IMG/VR virus record: IMGVR_UViG_3300032288_002010
Span: 1-61,593 of that record
Source of the DNA: a virus
Lineage: Duplodnaviria; Caudoviricetes
Length of the DNA stretch: 61,593 nucleotides
Reading direction: 5' to 3' (one strand)
Below are positions 28,697 through 39,226 of this stretch, in pieces. Numbering within the stretch: position 1 is the first letter of the stretch; each line of letters begins with the position of its first letter. A model generated the notes under the pieces. It was not told the DNA's origin and ran no database searches. It saw only the letters and a list, made by a program, of their open reading frames with translations. Made by a program: the position numbers and the translations under genes.

Positions 28697-28783
28697 AATT
28701 TATTCCTTTCAAAAGTTAGGTTTAATTTATAAATAGTGCCAGAAAAAGTCAACATCTCACTATTTATTATATCTTTTGAAATT

Positions 28784-29311
28784 TTATAATGTGCCTATAA
28801 ATTTTTTAATAATTTCTATAGAATCAACTCTGTTTAAATCAAATGACTCTAAGTTATATATGATATTATACTTTTCTCTGGAAATTTCAAAATTATCAAA
28901 CTCATCATTAAATTCTGTCATATTTATCTGATATTTGAAATTAGTACCCCGAGTTTGATTATATAAATCTATATAAGATCCCCAAATTCTAGAATCTTCT
29001 AAACTAGAAGTTTTTAAATTAAACATGAAGTTATAATCTTTTATATTAAATTCATATTCATCTATTAAACTCACACCATTTTCCAAACTGAACGCGTAGA
29101 GTTTAATATAATCAAATTGTAAGGATTTAATATTTGTTCGTAAATACCAATGTCCTATCTCAGGAGTTTCTGTTGAATAAAACTCATGTTCTTTGCTAGA
29201 AATTACATAATGTAGAGTATGATTAAAATATCTGTCTGGTATGTTAGCAAATGTCAATTTAATAAACGACTCCGTATATTTTACATTAAAAAAATTATTT
29301 TTTGATCTCAT
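28784..29311 (-). CDS. Hypothetical protein, last gene of the glycosylation cluster
   Basis: 175-aa ORF with a 4-nt overlap with the carbamoyltransferase gene. Confidence 0.55.
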   Translation of the reverse strand: MRSKNNFFNVKYTESFIKLTFANIPDRYFNHTLHYVISSKEHEFYSTETPEIGHWYLRTNIKSLQFDYIKLYAFSLENGVSLIDEYEFNIKDYNFMFNLKTSSLEDSRIWGSYIDLYNQTRGTNFKYQINMTEFNDEFDNFEISREKYNIIYNLESFDLNRVDSIEIIKKFIGTL

Positions 29312-30951
29312 TGTAATTTATAAATTTTGTTGTTTATGATTAATAAATCAATAGTACCCTCAGATAGATGTGATAACGCATCATTTGGAGAATTAATTAT
29401 TGGTTCACCATGACCATTGAAACTAGTGTTCATTAACACAGGTATATTTGTTTTTTCATTAAATTTACTTAATATCTTATGAAACAAAGAGTGTCGATCC
29501 TTATTAACAACTTGTGGACGGGCTGTATTATCATGAAAGTTTATAACCGCAGGTATCTTTTTAGCCCATTCTTCACGAACTGTATAACACAACGTCATAA
29601 ATTCAGCGGCATTTTTAGATTTATAAACATGACATATATTTTCGATATGTTCTTCCATAATAATAGGAGCAAAAGGCATTATTTCATCTCTCTTTAATCT
29701 TTTATTTATGTAAGCATGTGTTTCTAATCTAGTTGGTTCAACGACTATAGATCTAGATCCTAAAGCTCTAGGCCCATACTCAGTAGCTCCTTCAAAAATA
29801 CCAATAACTTTTCCATCAACAAGATAGTTTGCAACATTATCAAAGTTTAATTCTTCTTCTATAATGTTTTTTCTAAAATTTGTAGAAAAATTATCTAAGT
29901 CGTTCTGTATATCTACAGAAGAATGTTTTTTTCCAAAGAAAACATCTTTTATACGACGATTTGTAAACTCTCCCAGTTCAACTCCATATGCAATCGCAGA
30001 TCCTAATGATAATCCTTCATCACCCATCGCTGGATAAATCCATATATTTTTAAATGGAAGGTATTCATTAATTTTTTGATTTAACTTTACATTTGCAAAC
30101 ACTCCTCCAGCTAAACAAATGTTATCAAATGGACCATACTGATCATATAATGATTTAATATGAGTCAACAGAGTGTTTTCTGTTAAGTATTGTAGATTAT
30201 ATGCTAAATTTCTTTTTAAATTAATAGCTTCTTCTGGATTTAAATTCTGCAAAAGATTTTTAAATTTATTTTCAATTGTACATGAAGCTTTTATCATGTC
30301 ATTCTTTACAAAGAAATTTAATATATCATAAATTTTATGATCGAACTCTCCTTGTGCAGCAAGACCCATTATTTTACCCTCATCTTTTAAAGGAGTAAGA
30401 CCAAATATATAACACATCAAATACCACATGTTTGCGATACTTCCATGTTTTACTCGTTCACCTATTTCAACCAATTTACCATTTTTAACTATATATGATG
30501 CCGATTGATTATCATTGAGATTATTAAACCAGTTGTATCTTTGATAATTGGAAATATTTAATTCTGTCCAATTATCATCTCCTATGTCACCACCATCATA
30601 GGAGATGACCAACGTATTATCATTAAATCCGGATGTATAATAAGCACCACATGCGTGTGCGTAATGATGACCTATTAGTCTTATACTTTTATTTTTTAAT
30701 ATATTTACGATATCATCGTGTCTGTGGTGAATGGCAGGTTTTGCAATTGCAAATTTTACACTCGGATCTTTTATGTCAAAATCAAAATCTTTTTGAATTG
30801 CTGAAAAACTATGTGATGGAAACAAACCGCCAGCGTATGCTGATTTCACTCGCGAGAATCTCTCCTCTGTATAACAAGCTAATATTTGATTATTTTCAAT
30901 CAAAGAAAAACCTACATCATGTGCGCCGATATAACTTCCTACAATTTTCAT
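29308..30951 (-). CDS. O-carbamoyltransferase (NodU/CmcH/TobZ family)
   Basis: HD...EERFSRVK, HHYAHA, DGGD, EGKIMGLAA, LAGGVFANV, EYGPRALGSRS, PFAP, NTSFN.HGEPI. Confidence 0.92.
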   Translation of the reverse strand: MKIVGSYIGAHDVGFSLIENNQILACYTEERFSRVKSAYAGGLFPSHSFSAIQKDFDFDIKDPSVKFAIAKPAIHHRHDDIVNILKNKSIRLIGHHYAHACGAYYTSGFNDNTLVISYDGGDIGDDNWTELNISNYQRYNWFNNLNDNQSASYIVKNGKLVEIGERVKHGSIANMWYLMCYIFGLTPLKDEGKIMGLAAQGEFDHKIYDILNFFVKNDMIKASCTIENKFKNLLQNLNPEEAINLKRNLAYNLQYLTENTLLTHIKSLYDQYGPFDNICLAGGVFANVKLNQKINEYLPFKNIWIYPAMGDEGLSLGSAIAYGVELGEFTNRRIKDVFFGKKHSSVDIQNDLDNFSTNFRKNIIEEELNFDNVANYLVDGKVIGIFEGATEYGPRALGSRSIVVEPTRLETHAYINKRLKRDEIMPFAPIIMEEHIENICHVYKSKNAAEFMTLCYTVREEWAKKIPAVINFHDNTARPQVVNKDRHSLFHKILSKFNEKTNIPVLMNTSFNGHGEPIINSPNDALSHLSEGTIDLLIINNKIYKLQ

Positions 30952-33089
30952 AAATTATGATCTTTTATCAGACTATCAATTTTTTCTATAACCATTTGCG
31001 GAGTAATTGATTTTGTACACTCAAACATTTCCTTTTTATCGGGTTTTGGGCACCACATCCAATTACCTCTGTCGAAATAATTATCATTCCAACATCCATT
31101 ACACACATTTTTATTTTGAACTCTATATGGAGTTTCAAATTCAGTATAGTCATGAGAAAATCCACTAATTAATGTTACTGGCTTTCCTATAGACCAAGCC
31201 AACCAAGATAATCCGGATGGAAGTCCTATAAAAAATGAACTATGATAGATTTGATTAATACGATCTTCTAATGAATAATTTCCGGTTAAATCTAACGCAT
31301 TAGAAGGGATTATATTCATATTATTATTATTTCCAAAAGAACTATTTTTATCTATACAAACTACATCGAATCCTTTTGATTTTAAATAATCAACTATAAT
31401 ATTCCAACCACCTTTGTAATTCCAATATTTTGCTTGTGCAGTACTTTGCGTTGCAATAGTAACATATGGCTTTGTGAATTTAGATGGTGATAATCTATAA
31501 TCTAAAGATGGCCTTTCAGGAACATAATTTAAACCCAAATAATCACTCGCTACTTTTTGCAATGGTTGTTTTCTAATATCATTCTTACATCGCATCGCAT
31601 TAATAGAACTATTATCTACATACCATCCAGGCTTATATGTTGCAAATAAATCGGGGACAGATTCATCAAAATTTATAAATTTAATATCCTTATATTTATT
31701 TTGAAACAATTCACGAAGTCTTATTTTTAAGAATAAATTACATTTGTGTTTTTTTCTAAATTGTTCTGCTATTGGCATCCAACATAACTGATCACCCAAC
31801 GCATTAGTTTCATATTCTATTAGTACATTCTTATCTTGCAAGTCCAAGTCATAATTTAACACGATTTCATTTGTTAAATTACTTTTAACTATTAAATTGT
31901 ATGGTATAAAATACGTATAATCACATCTACCCCACCAACCATCTTGCAGATTGGTATCATACAAAACTTCATCCGTTAAGGAGTTTTTAAATTTTACGTT
32001 AAACGTTTCATCTTTATTAGTACACTTTGTAATTTGTACAAATGCATTATCATTAAATGAATATTCAACATGTACTTTATTGTTAACTTTATTTGTATTT
32101 TTATTTAAGTTTGAATAAATATCTATAAATTTTTTCGCAAACAATTCATTTGTATACTCGTTATATAACTCAATCAGTTGATCAACTCTATTGGTATACG
32201 AATTATTATTTGCAGCTTTTAATGATTCGGTATGATAATATTCATAGTTTGAAATAACTTTATTGATTGCATCTTTTATTTGTTTTGTATCTCTATCAAC
32301 GACGATCATTCCATCATAACGTTTATTTTCAAACGTTCCTACAACTGGTAGTCCACAAGCCATAGCTTCCAGTAATGTTAAATTAGGATGACCTGCTTCT
32401 AACTCAGATGCGTGAATGAATATGTCATGGTTGTTGTATAACTCTATTAAACCATTTTCATCAAGATCAAATATCTTAGTTAGATGTTCATAATTGTTCA
32501 ATGATGGATCTAAAGTTTCAAAAAACTTTTTATTGTTACTTGGTCCAGCAATTGTAATAGGTAGATTCAACTCTTTAGCAGCTTGTATTGCATACGTGAA
32601 TCCCTTTCTATCATAAGATTGATTGTTTGCATAACCATTATTGGCAACACATAGTAATTTATATCCTTCTCTATTATAATTTTTATACTTAAATACATCG
32701 GTATTTACAGCATGTGAAAAATAACGTAACTTTTTACTAGCAAAATAATCAACCAAATATTTTGCTGGACATGTTGATATTATACTATTTTCTATAGCCT
32801 TTAGATTTTCTTTAAAAACATCTGAATTTTTTCCATATAGGAATGCGTGATGATCGTGTAATGTAAAAATATATGGTATACCACGTTCATAACATTCATT
32901 GGCTAAGTTTGCAACGTGAACATGTACGATTGTATTGTCATTATATTTAATATCATTTAAATATTTAATCTCACATTGTAATCCCTTAGAATTTAATTGT
33001 TGATGATAATCCCAAATAATTTTTTCAATAGCCCCCCAACCATTTGGTGGAATTGGAAGCAAACCTAAATGTACTTGTACTACTTTCAT
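30948..33089 (-). CDS. Fusion of GT4 glycosyltransferase and Aah/TibC-type protein O-heptosyltransferase
   Basis: N-half PPNGWGAIE...E.GHPNLTLLEAMACG; C-half ALGDQLCW, IATQSTAQAKYWN, FIGLPSGLSWLAW, LISGFS, CNGCW...WCP...FEC iron-finger cysteines. Confidence 0.85.
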   Translation of the reverse strand: MKVVQVHLGLLPIPPNGWGAIEKIIWDYHQQLNSKGLQCEIKYLNDIKYNDNTIVHVHVANLANECYERGIPYIFTLHDHHAFLYGKNSDVFKENLKAIENSIISTCPAKYLVDYFASKKLRYFSHAVNTDVFKYKNYNREGYKLLCVANNGYANNQSYDRKGFTYAIQAAKELNLPITIAGPSNNKKFFETLDPSLNNYEHLTKIFDLDENGLIELYNNHDIFIHASELEAGHPNLTLLEAMACGLPVVGTFENKRYDGMIVVDRDTKQIKDAINKVISNYEYYHTESLKAANNNSYTNRVDQLIELYNEYTNELFAKKFIDIYSNLNKNTNKVNNKVHVEYSFNDNAFVQITKCTNKDETFNVKFKNSLTDEVLYDTNLQDGWWGRCDYTYFIPYNLIVKSNLTNEIVLNYDLDLQDKNVLIEYETNALGDQLCWMPIAEQFRKKHKCNLFLKIRLRELFQNKYKDIKFINFDESVPDLFATYKPGWYVDNSSINAMRCKNDIRKQPLQKVASDYLGLNYVPERPSLDYRLSPSKFTKPYVTIATQSTAQAKYWNYKGGWNIIVDYLKSKGFDVVCIDKNSSFGNNNNMNIIPSNALDLTGNYSLEDRINQIYHSSFFIGLPSGLSWLAWSIGKPVTLISGFSHDYTEFETPYRVQNKNVCNGCWNDNYFDRGNWMWCPKPDKKEMFECTKSITPQMVIEKIDSLIKDHNL

Positions 33090-33091
33090 AA

Positions 33092-35083
33092 TTATTTAGC
33101 TATAAAATGTCCGTTGTTTTTTAATTCTTCGATTGACGAAAATTCAGTTAAAACTTCTTTTATGATACGAGCTTTGTCTTTGTCAAAAATGGTGTTTAAT
33201 ACTTTATACTTGTTATTTTCACGAAAATCAACCTCTATGTGCCACCAACCACCATTTATTATTTGTTTAATTTCTTTCTTAATCAAAATGTCATTTTCAT
33301 AAACACATATTTCATTTAGTTTATTGTCAATTTTATTATTAAAATTGCTCAAACATACAAATTTGTTTTGATTTGGAATAGGTAGAACAGTTAAATATTC
33401 ACACATAGAAAACATGTTAATTTCACTATTATTGAAAAAACTTTCTTCATTGTTTTTATAGTCAATGTATATATCTTTCTTTTTATGTATCAGTTTATTA
33501 TAATAAAATTGTTCAAGTCCATTTGATATGCCTGTTTCTTTTACAAATCTCTCATATGTGGTTGGAGTAAAGTACTCAAATAGTTCAAGATAGAAGTCTG
33601 TATTAATTGCATGAAATACCGTCTTTATAGTATCTCCCTCTAACGCTTTATCATAGAAGAAAAATCCTTTTTTTGTTTGCATGATATTTTTTATCATGTT
33701 TAATTGATTAAAATCTTTCTCAGATATAACAACGTCGTAATTAAACGCAAATACGTTTTTGTAACCAATCTTATTAGCAAAACCAATTCCATTATAATAA
33801 TTTAAAGCAACTCCTAATCCATGATATTTATCAGATCCACATGATGGTAGATAAACTTTTATATCATGATGTTGATTTACATATGTCCAATTTTTATAAA
33901 AATTATGAATCAATAATGGATTGTTTTTGTCGTAAACATAATAATCGGCTGCAGATTGTAATCTAGTACTAACTGGATAATGTGAGGATAAAATGACTTT
34001 ACATCCAAATTTTTTAATTTGTTCTATGGATTTTAAAGTTGTTTCTTCTATAATATCGTAATTTGGATGTGTGGAGATTACTGCTACAAACTCTTTTTCA
34101 TCAAAACGATCTATAGATTTATTTCCATACACAACATTACGAATTAAATTTACATTATTCTCGAAATTTGTTTCATTTAAATATGATACATTATCATAGC
34201 AGTTGTATCTATCTAGATATACAGGAAGATTATAAAATAGACTTGGTATATTATAAGCTATAGCTTCTTTGATAACGATAGGTGCTGTTTCTTTATCGTT
34301 AGCATGTCCACGACTGGTAAACAAAAATAAGTCCATACAACTATAAAAATTATGTACGTCTTTTCTCTCACCCCAGATTTTAACATTTTTTGGCAAATCT
34401 ATCAATAATGGTTCCCAATAGAATTTGAAATTATCTGCCATATTACCAACGCAATGAAATTGAATATTTTCACACTCCATCGATTTAGCATATTCAATGA
34501 ATTCTTTTTGATTTTTTCTTGGAGTAAATAATCCGACATGTAATACGTGTTTTTTCTTAGGATCAAGACCTAATTTTTTTAATCCATCTTCTCTTTTTTG
34601 ACGAGTTCTTACTTCAATTGGATACTCAATGACTTTTGATTTAACAGGAATAGATTTTACATTATTTTCTTGAAATTTGCTCACAAATGTAAAATGGTCT
34701 GGATACACCATCTTGGTAGATGGATTAAAACTACTATCATGTGATGTTTCAACTATAAAATATGATCTAGACACATCATATATTTTTGAAGAAATAGAAA
34801 AATCCATGAAATATTCCGGCATCTCTTCTAATGCAACTATATCCGGTTTTACTTTTTTAATTATAGTAATTAATTCTGATTTATCATTGCCTAAAACATA
34901 AAATCTATTCTTACATAGATTTTGAATCTGTTCTCTTTGTACTATCAACACACCACCTGTGTGATCATTATATTCTACACAATGTATTTCGTAATAATTA
35001 TTTAATGCTTGGATTTTTTTTAACAAAAATTGAGGCAAACCTCCTGTTGATAAGTGTGGAGATACAAATAACAATTTTTTCAT
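33092..35083 (-). CDS. GT4-like glycosyltransferase fused to an uncharacterised C-terminal domain
   Basis: PHLSTGGLPQ, VGLFTPRKNQ, FLFTS..ETAPIVIKEA; C-terminal VILSSHYPV..DYYVYDKNN domain. Confidence 0.75.
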   Translation of the reverse strand: MKKLLFVSPHLSTGGLPQFLLKKIQALNNYYEIHCVEYNDHTGGVLIVQREQIQNLCKNRFYVLGNDKSELITIIKKVKPDIVALEEMPEYFMDFSISSKIYDVSRSYFIVETSHDSSFNPSTKMVYPDHFTFVSKFQENNVKSIPVKSKVIEYPIEVRTRQKREDGLKKLGLDPKKKHVLHVGLFTPRKNQKEFIEYAKSMECENIQFHCVGNMADNFKFYWEPLLIDLPKNVKIWGERKDVHNFYSCMDLFLFTSRGHANDKETAPIVIKEAIAYNIPSLFYNLPVYLDRYNCYDNVSYLNETNFENNVNLIRNVVYGNKSIDRFDEKEFVAVISTHPNYDIIEETTLKSIEQIKKFGCKVILSSHYPVSTRLQSAADYYVYDKNNPLLIHNFYKNWTYVNQHHDIKVYLPSCGSDKYHGLGVALNYYNGIGFANKIGYKNVFAFNYDVVISEKDFNQLNMIKNIMQTKKGFFFYDKALEGDTIKTVFHAINTDFYLELFEYFTPTTYERFVKETGISNGLEQFYYNKLIHKKKDIYIDYKNNEESFFNNSEINMFSMCEYLTVLPIPNQNKFVCLSNFNNKIDNKLNEICVYENDILIKKEIKQIINGGWWHIEVDFRENNKYKVLNTIFDKDKARIIKEVLTEFSSIEELKNNGHFIAK

Positions 35084-35084
35084 A

Positions 35085-38000
35085 TTACTTATATATTACT
35101 TTGCTAAATCCGTTGTCTTTTTTTATTTCGATCTGGTTATCAACCATGTCTCTCATTTGATCCAAGTGGCTAATAATCCAGATAAAATCAAATTGATGTT
35201 TTAAGTAATTAAATAAAGCACCCATCTGACCAAGATGATCACTGTCAGCACATCCAAATCCTTCATCGATACAGATAATATTGGGTCTTGGTAAATTACT
35301 GATATTAATCAATGCAACTCTGATGGCTAATCCACTAATAAACTTTTCCATACCACTAGCCATTTCCAATGGCCATTGTCTGTCATCATAAATGATGTTG
35401 GTCATAATGTTCTTACCATCGGTTTGCAAAGATATAGTAAATTCTACCAACTGATGGAGAATATTATTCACTTCCTTTTCAATTTCTGGAAGAGTCTTGG
35501 TTATGATTTCATATGGAATACCATCTCGACTAATAATATTGGTATATAGCTTGTAAGCCTCATAAGAATCTTCAAGTTCTTTCACCTTATTTAGTTGATC
35601 TGTAGTATTCTTATATTGAAGTTCTAACTTTCCCTTCTCAGTTGATGCAGAAAACAATTTATTGTTGATGTTTTTAATATCTGATTCTACGTTCTTAATT
35701 AGAGTCTTAACCTCAGTAATTTCTTTCAACAATTTAGAGTTGTTCTCAATGATATCTTTGTTCTTGTAAAATATATCAATATTGTCAACAACAGACTTCA
35801 AGTTATTTTGACGAGTAATTAATACATTTTCATCACGTAATACCGCATTGGATAGAACTTCCTTTGATTTTTCCAACTTAACTTTTTCAGAATCAATTCG
35901 TTGACATTCTTTATATTTAAATTCTATGTCACCAAAAGACTCCAATTTAACCTTGATAGAATTATATTCATCCATCAACGCTTTACCTTTATTTTTGTCT
36001 AGTTCAATTTCCTCTTTGGTTTTAATTGCGTCTTTTACGAAGACGTTATTTACGCAATAACTACAATTAGGATCGTACTTGTGATCTTCTAGTTTTTTAA
36101 GTTTATCAATTTTATTTTTGACTACAACTTTCAACTTTTCTAATTCAGAAGACTTCTTAGCCTCTTCATCTTTACAAGATCTATATTGTTCATATTCAAC
36201 TTCGATATTTTCACAAGATTTCAAAGATGCAGATAGTTGACTCAGTTGAGTATCAATCTCAATAATCTTATTCTTTTTATCACTAATATCAGTTTGAATA
36301 GAATCAATCTTAGTTTTCAAATCAGATTGTTCTTTTTCCAAAGATGTAATGTCAAAATCAAACGTTGTAGTTTTGACAATATCATTGGATAATTCTAGCA
36401 GTTTATTATTCTGTAATTCCTTATCTGATTCATATCTTTTAATCTCATTATTAAATTCTGAGATTTTAATATTATTTGAATCAATACTACCAGACACATT
36501 TTGCAATTGTTCTACTAATTGTTCTTTGCTGATATTTTTAAGAAGGGTATTAGTCTCTTTAAACTTGTCATTTGCGATTGTGTACAATTGATCAAAGATG
36601 TTTAATCCCATAAATTGACACAATAGATCCTTACGTTCAGTTTGACCTAAATCAATAAATGATCCAGTCTTGCTATTTTGAATGCTAAGAACCGTTAGAA
36701 TAAAATCTTCGTATGTACCAACATAATCACGAATGATATCATTGGTATTACGACGAGCTTCTCCATTCAATGGTACTTCATTTCCGCCTTCCTTCTTATA
36801 GAATTTAACTTCTACCTTAACATTACCTTTTTTATCAGCTTTACCTTCACGTTCGATAAAATAGTCTACACCATTTACTTCAAAGTTAAACTTGCAACGA
36901 AAACTCATTTTCTGAGTATTCAATACGTGAGATGCTTTATATCCTTTACTGAACTTATCAAATACGCAAAAGGCCAGTGCATCCATAATACTAGATTTAC
37001 CACTCGCATTTGGTGCAAACAATCCAATAGCACCTTTTAACTTTGTAAAGTCAATATAATTACCCTCTCCATAACTAAACATATTATCAAACTCAAAAGT
37101 CTTTGGTTTCCAACGAATGTTCTTTGGAGCCTTATCTTTTGGAATACTATTGTTTATAGATTTATTTAAATCTTTAACCTTTTCAATGAGATTGCTTGTA
37201 ACTTTCTTTTGTACAAGGTTATCTTCAATGAGTTTATTTTGGTAATCAACATCGAATATGTTATGTACATCAAATATCTGACCATTCTTTAGGGTCATAT
37301 CAATCGATTGTTCATCAACTCTGATAAAGGTACTCTCTATGATTTCACATTTAGTTACCAAATCATTCATCACCTCTTTTACTTGTGATGGAATAGTTTC
37401 ATAACACATAGTTCTAACACGAGCCTTCTTTGGAATATCAGAAACATCGGTTACTAACTTACCTTTATTGATTTCGATAGTATAAAATCCATAGTCATTC
37501 AATAATTCATAATGTTTGAATACTCTGCGCTTTAAATCCCAAAGCAAAAATCCATGACCTTTTAAATCTTCACCATGATTTTGTTGAACCATAGATCCAG
37601 CATAAACAATAATAGGTTTTTGATTGATATCATCAAACTCTTGTAAGATCTGGTGCTTATGAATATCACCCAACATGGCCATATGATGACCGTCAAATAG
37701 TTCGTTGGTGATTGATCTACTACTAACTGTGTATCCAACATCAGTCACGGCATTATTTACTGGTCCATGAAATAAAGCGATGTGGTGATCAGTTTCATTT
37801 TTATACCTTGTAGGAATGGTATTATAGTTTGTATACTTATCTGGATCATCAAATACACTGAAATTATTAAACAAGATGTTCTCATAACGAAATACATCAG
37901 AATCCTTCAGATAAAATAGATTTGGATGATTTAAAGCATCAACAATTGGAGTTAAACAATCCAATCTAGATTTATTTGCTAATGTAGCATCATGATTACC

Positions 38001-38273
38001 TGCGGTAAGAATAGTTGGAATTCTATCTGCACAATTCTTAAGAAAGTCACTACCAATTTTTACACACTCAGGACTAAGATCCGACTTATTATGAAATACG
38101 TCTCCGGCGATAACTAATACAGCATTAGTTACCTTTTTTACTTTGTCAAGAGAATCGTATAATTTTTTAAAAATCGAAGTATATTCATCGTGTCGTTTAG
38201 TCAAACGAATATGAATATCTGCGATATGAACGACATTATCGATCTTCTGATTTGTGTTTTTTAATACTATCAT
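35085..38273 (-). CDS. Fused SbcD/Mre11 nuclease - SbcC/Rad50 ATPase (gp47-gp46 fusion)
   Basis: HIADIH, AGD, GNHD, HG, GDIH; Walker A NASGKSS, Zn-hook CSYC, signature ASGME, Walker B IDEGFG, ISH. Confidence 0.9.
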   Translation of the reverse strand: MIVLKNTNQKIDNVVHIADIHIRLTKRHDEYTSIFKKLYDSLDKVKKVTNAVLVIAGDVFHNKSDLSPECVKIGSDFLKNCADRIPTILTAGNHDATLANKSRLDCLTPIVDALNHPNLFYLKDSDVFRYENILFNNFSVFDDPDKYTNYNTIPTRYKNETDHHIALFHGPVNNAVTDVGYTVSSRSITNELFDGHHMAMLGDIHKHQILQEFDDINQKPIIVYAGSMVQQNHGEDLKGHGFLLWDLKRRVFKHYELLNDYGFYTIEINKGKLVTDVSDIPKKARVRTMCYETIPSQVKEVMNDLVTKCEIIESTFIRVDEQSIDMTLKNGQIFDVHNIFDVDYQNKLIEDNLVQKKVTSNLIEKVKDLNKSINNSIPKDKAPKNIRWKPKTFEFDNMFSYGEGNYIDFTKLKGAIGLFAPNASGKSSIMDALAFCVFDKFSKGYKASHVLNTQKMSFRCKFNFEVNGVDYFIEREGKADKKGNVKVEVKFYKKEGGNEVPLNGEARRNTNDIIRDYVGTYEDFILTVLSIQNSKTGSFIDLGQTERKDLLCQFMGLNIFDQLYTIANDKFKETNTLLKNISKEQLVEQLQNVSGSIDSNNIKISEFNNEIKRYESDKELQNNKLLELSNDIVKTTTFDFDITSLEKEQSDLKTKIDSIQTDISDKKNKIIEIDTQLSQLSASLKSCENIEVEYEQYRSCKDEEAKKSSELEKLKVVVKNKIDKLKKLEDHKYDPNCSYCVNNVFVKDAIKTKEEIELDKNKGKALMDEYNSIKVKLESFGDIEFKYKECQRIDSEKVKLEKSKEVLSNAVLRDENVLITRQNNLKSVVDNIDIFYKNKDIIENNSKLLKEITEVKTLIKNVESDIKNINNKLFSASTEKGKLELQYKNTTDQLNKVKELEDSYEAYKLYTNIISRDGIPYEIITKTLPEIEKEVNNILHQLVEFTISLQTDGKNIMTNIIYDDRQWPLEMASGMEKFISGLAIRVALINISNLPRPNIICIDEGFGCADSDHLGQMGALFNYLKHQFDFIWIISHLDQMRDMVDNQIEIKKDNGFSKVIYK

Positions 38274-39184
38274 AAAATGGTTTTAAGCTTCAGACTATAC
38301 AAGTCACTTTCTGTTAGTCTATCACAACTATCTATAAACTGCCAAGTTTTTTTATGACCAATTTCATTTGGGTCTTTACCCTCAAGTCGAATCAAATAAG
38401 TATCTATATTATTTTGTAGGAGAAAATCACAGATTCTTAGACTTGATTGTAATGCATCGTTATCCAACAATACATTTACTCTCGGAGGTCTACATGACAT
38501 CAACTTAATTTTCAGTTTATTAGACAAGTTCTTACCAAACAATGGAATAGCGTTGTATTTAACTGCAAATGCATCAAATACACCTTCTACTAAAGTTAAT
38601 GGCTGATTGAAATCAGTATACAATTCAAATCCAACAATATCTTTTGTAGCTTCACACAATCGATACTTCATCTTACTCTCATAGAAATCCCGTCCACAAT
38701 AGAAATTCAAATTTCCACCATCATCGTAAGACGGCACAACTATTCTATTTCTAAAATTACCATCTGAACAATATCCTATATTATATCTTACTATTTCGTG
38801 GATTGTTAAACCTCGTTTAAAACAATACGAAAGTGCGTGTTTATACTCAATATCAGAGTTATCTTTATATAATGGCTTGAATCCCTCAGGCAACATCAAC
38901 TTAATTTCAGTCTTATTCGATGTGTCATGTTTAATTTTATGTTTACATAGTAATTCAAAATATTCTTTAGGAGCGCCAATCTTTTTAAGAAGAGTAGAAA
39001 AACTCTTTCCACTGAAGTTACAAACCCAACAATGATAATAACCAGTGGTGGTGTTAATATTCAGTTTTCTTTTATAATGTTTGCAGTTTGGACAGAAAAA
39101 TAGAGCTTCCTCACCACCTTTTTGTATGGATGGTTTGTGCTTGAACAACTTTGTAAGCGTATCTATTACGGAAATTTCTAACAT
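38270..39184 (-). CDS. DNA primase (Zn-finger plus TOPRIM)
   Basis: CPNC...CWVC; FRNRIVVP; VEGVFD; DND; KDPNE. Confidence 0.85.
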   Translation of the reverse strand: MLEISVIDTLTKLFKHKPSIQKGGEEALFFCPNCKHYKRKLNINTTTGYYHCWVCNFSGKSFSTLLKKIGAPKEYFELLCKHKIKHDTSNKTEIKLMLPEGFKPLYKDNSDIEYKHALSYCFKRGLTIHEIVRYNIGYCSDGNFRNRIVVPSYDDGGNLNFYCGRDFYESKMKYRLCEATKDIVGFELYTDFNQPLTLVEGVFDAFAVKYNAIPLFGKNLSNKLKIKLMSCRPPRVNVLLDNDALQSSLRICDFLLQNNIDTYLIRLEGKDPNEIGHKKTWQFIDSCDRLTESDLYSLKLKTIL

Positions 39185-39198
39185 AACGTCTCGTCATG

Positions 39199-39226
39199 AT
39201 TATACGACGAATATTTTAAACATCAA
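39199..39226 (-). promoter_or_regulatory. Sigma70-type promoter TTGATG-N16-TATAAT upstream of primase
   Basis: + strand catcaa at 39221-39226 and attata at 39199-39204. Confidence 0.55.
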
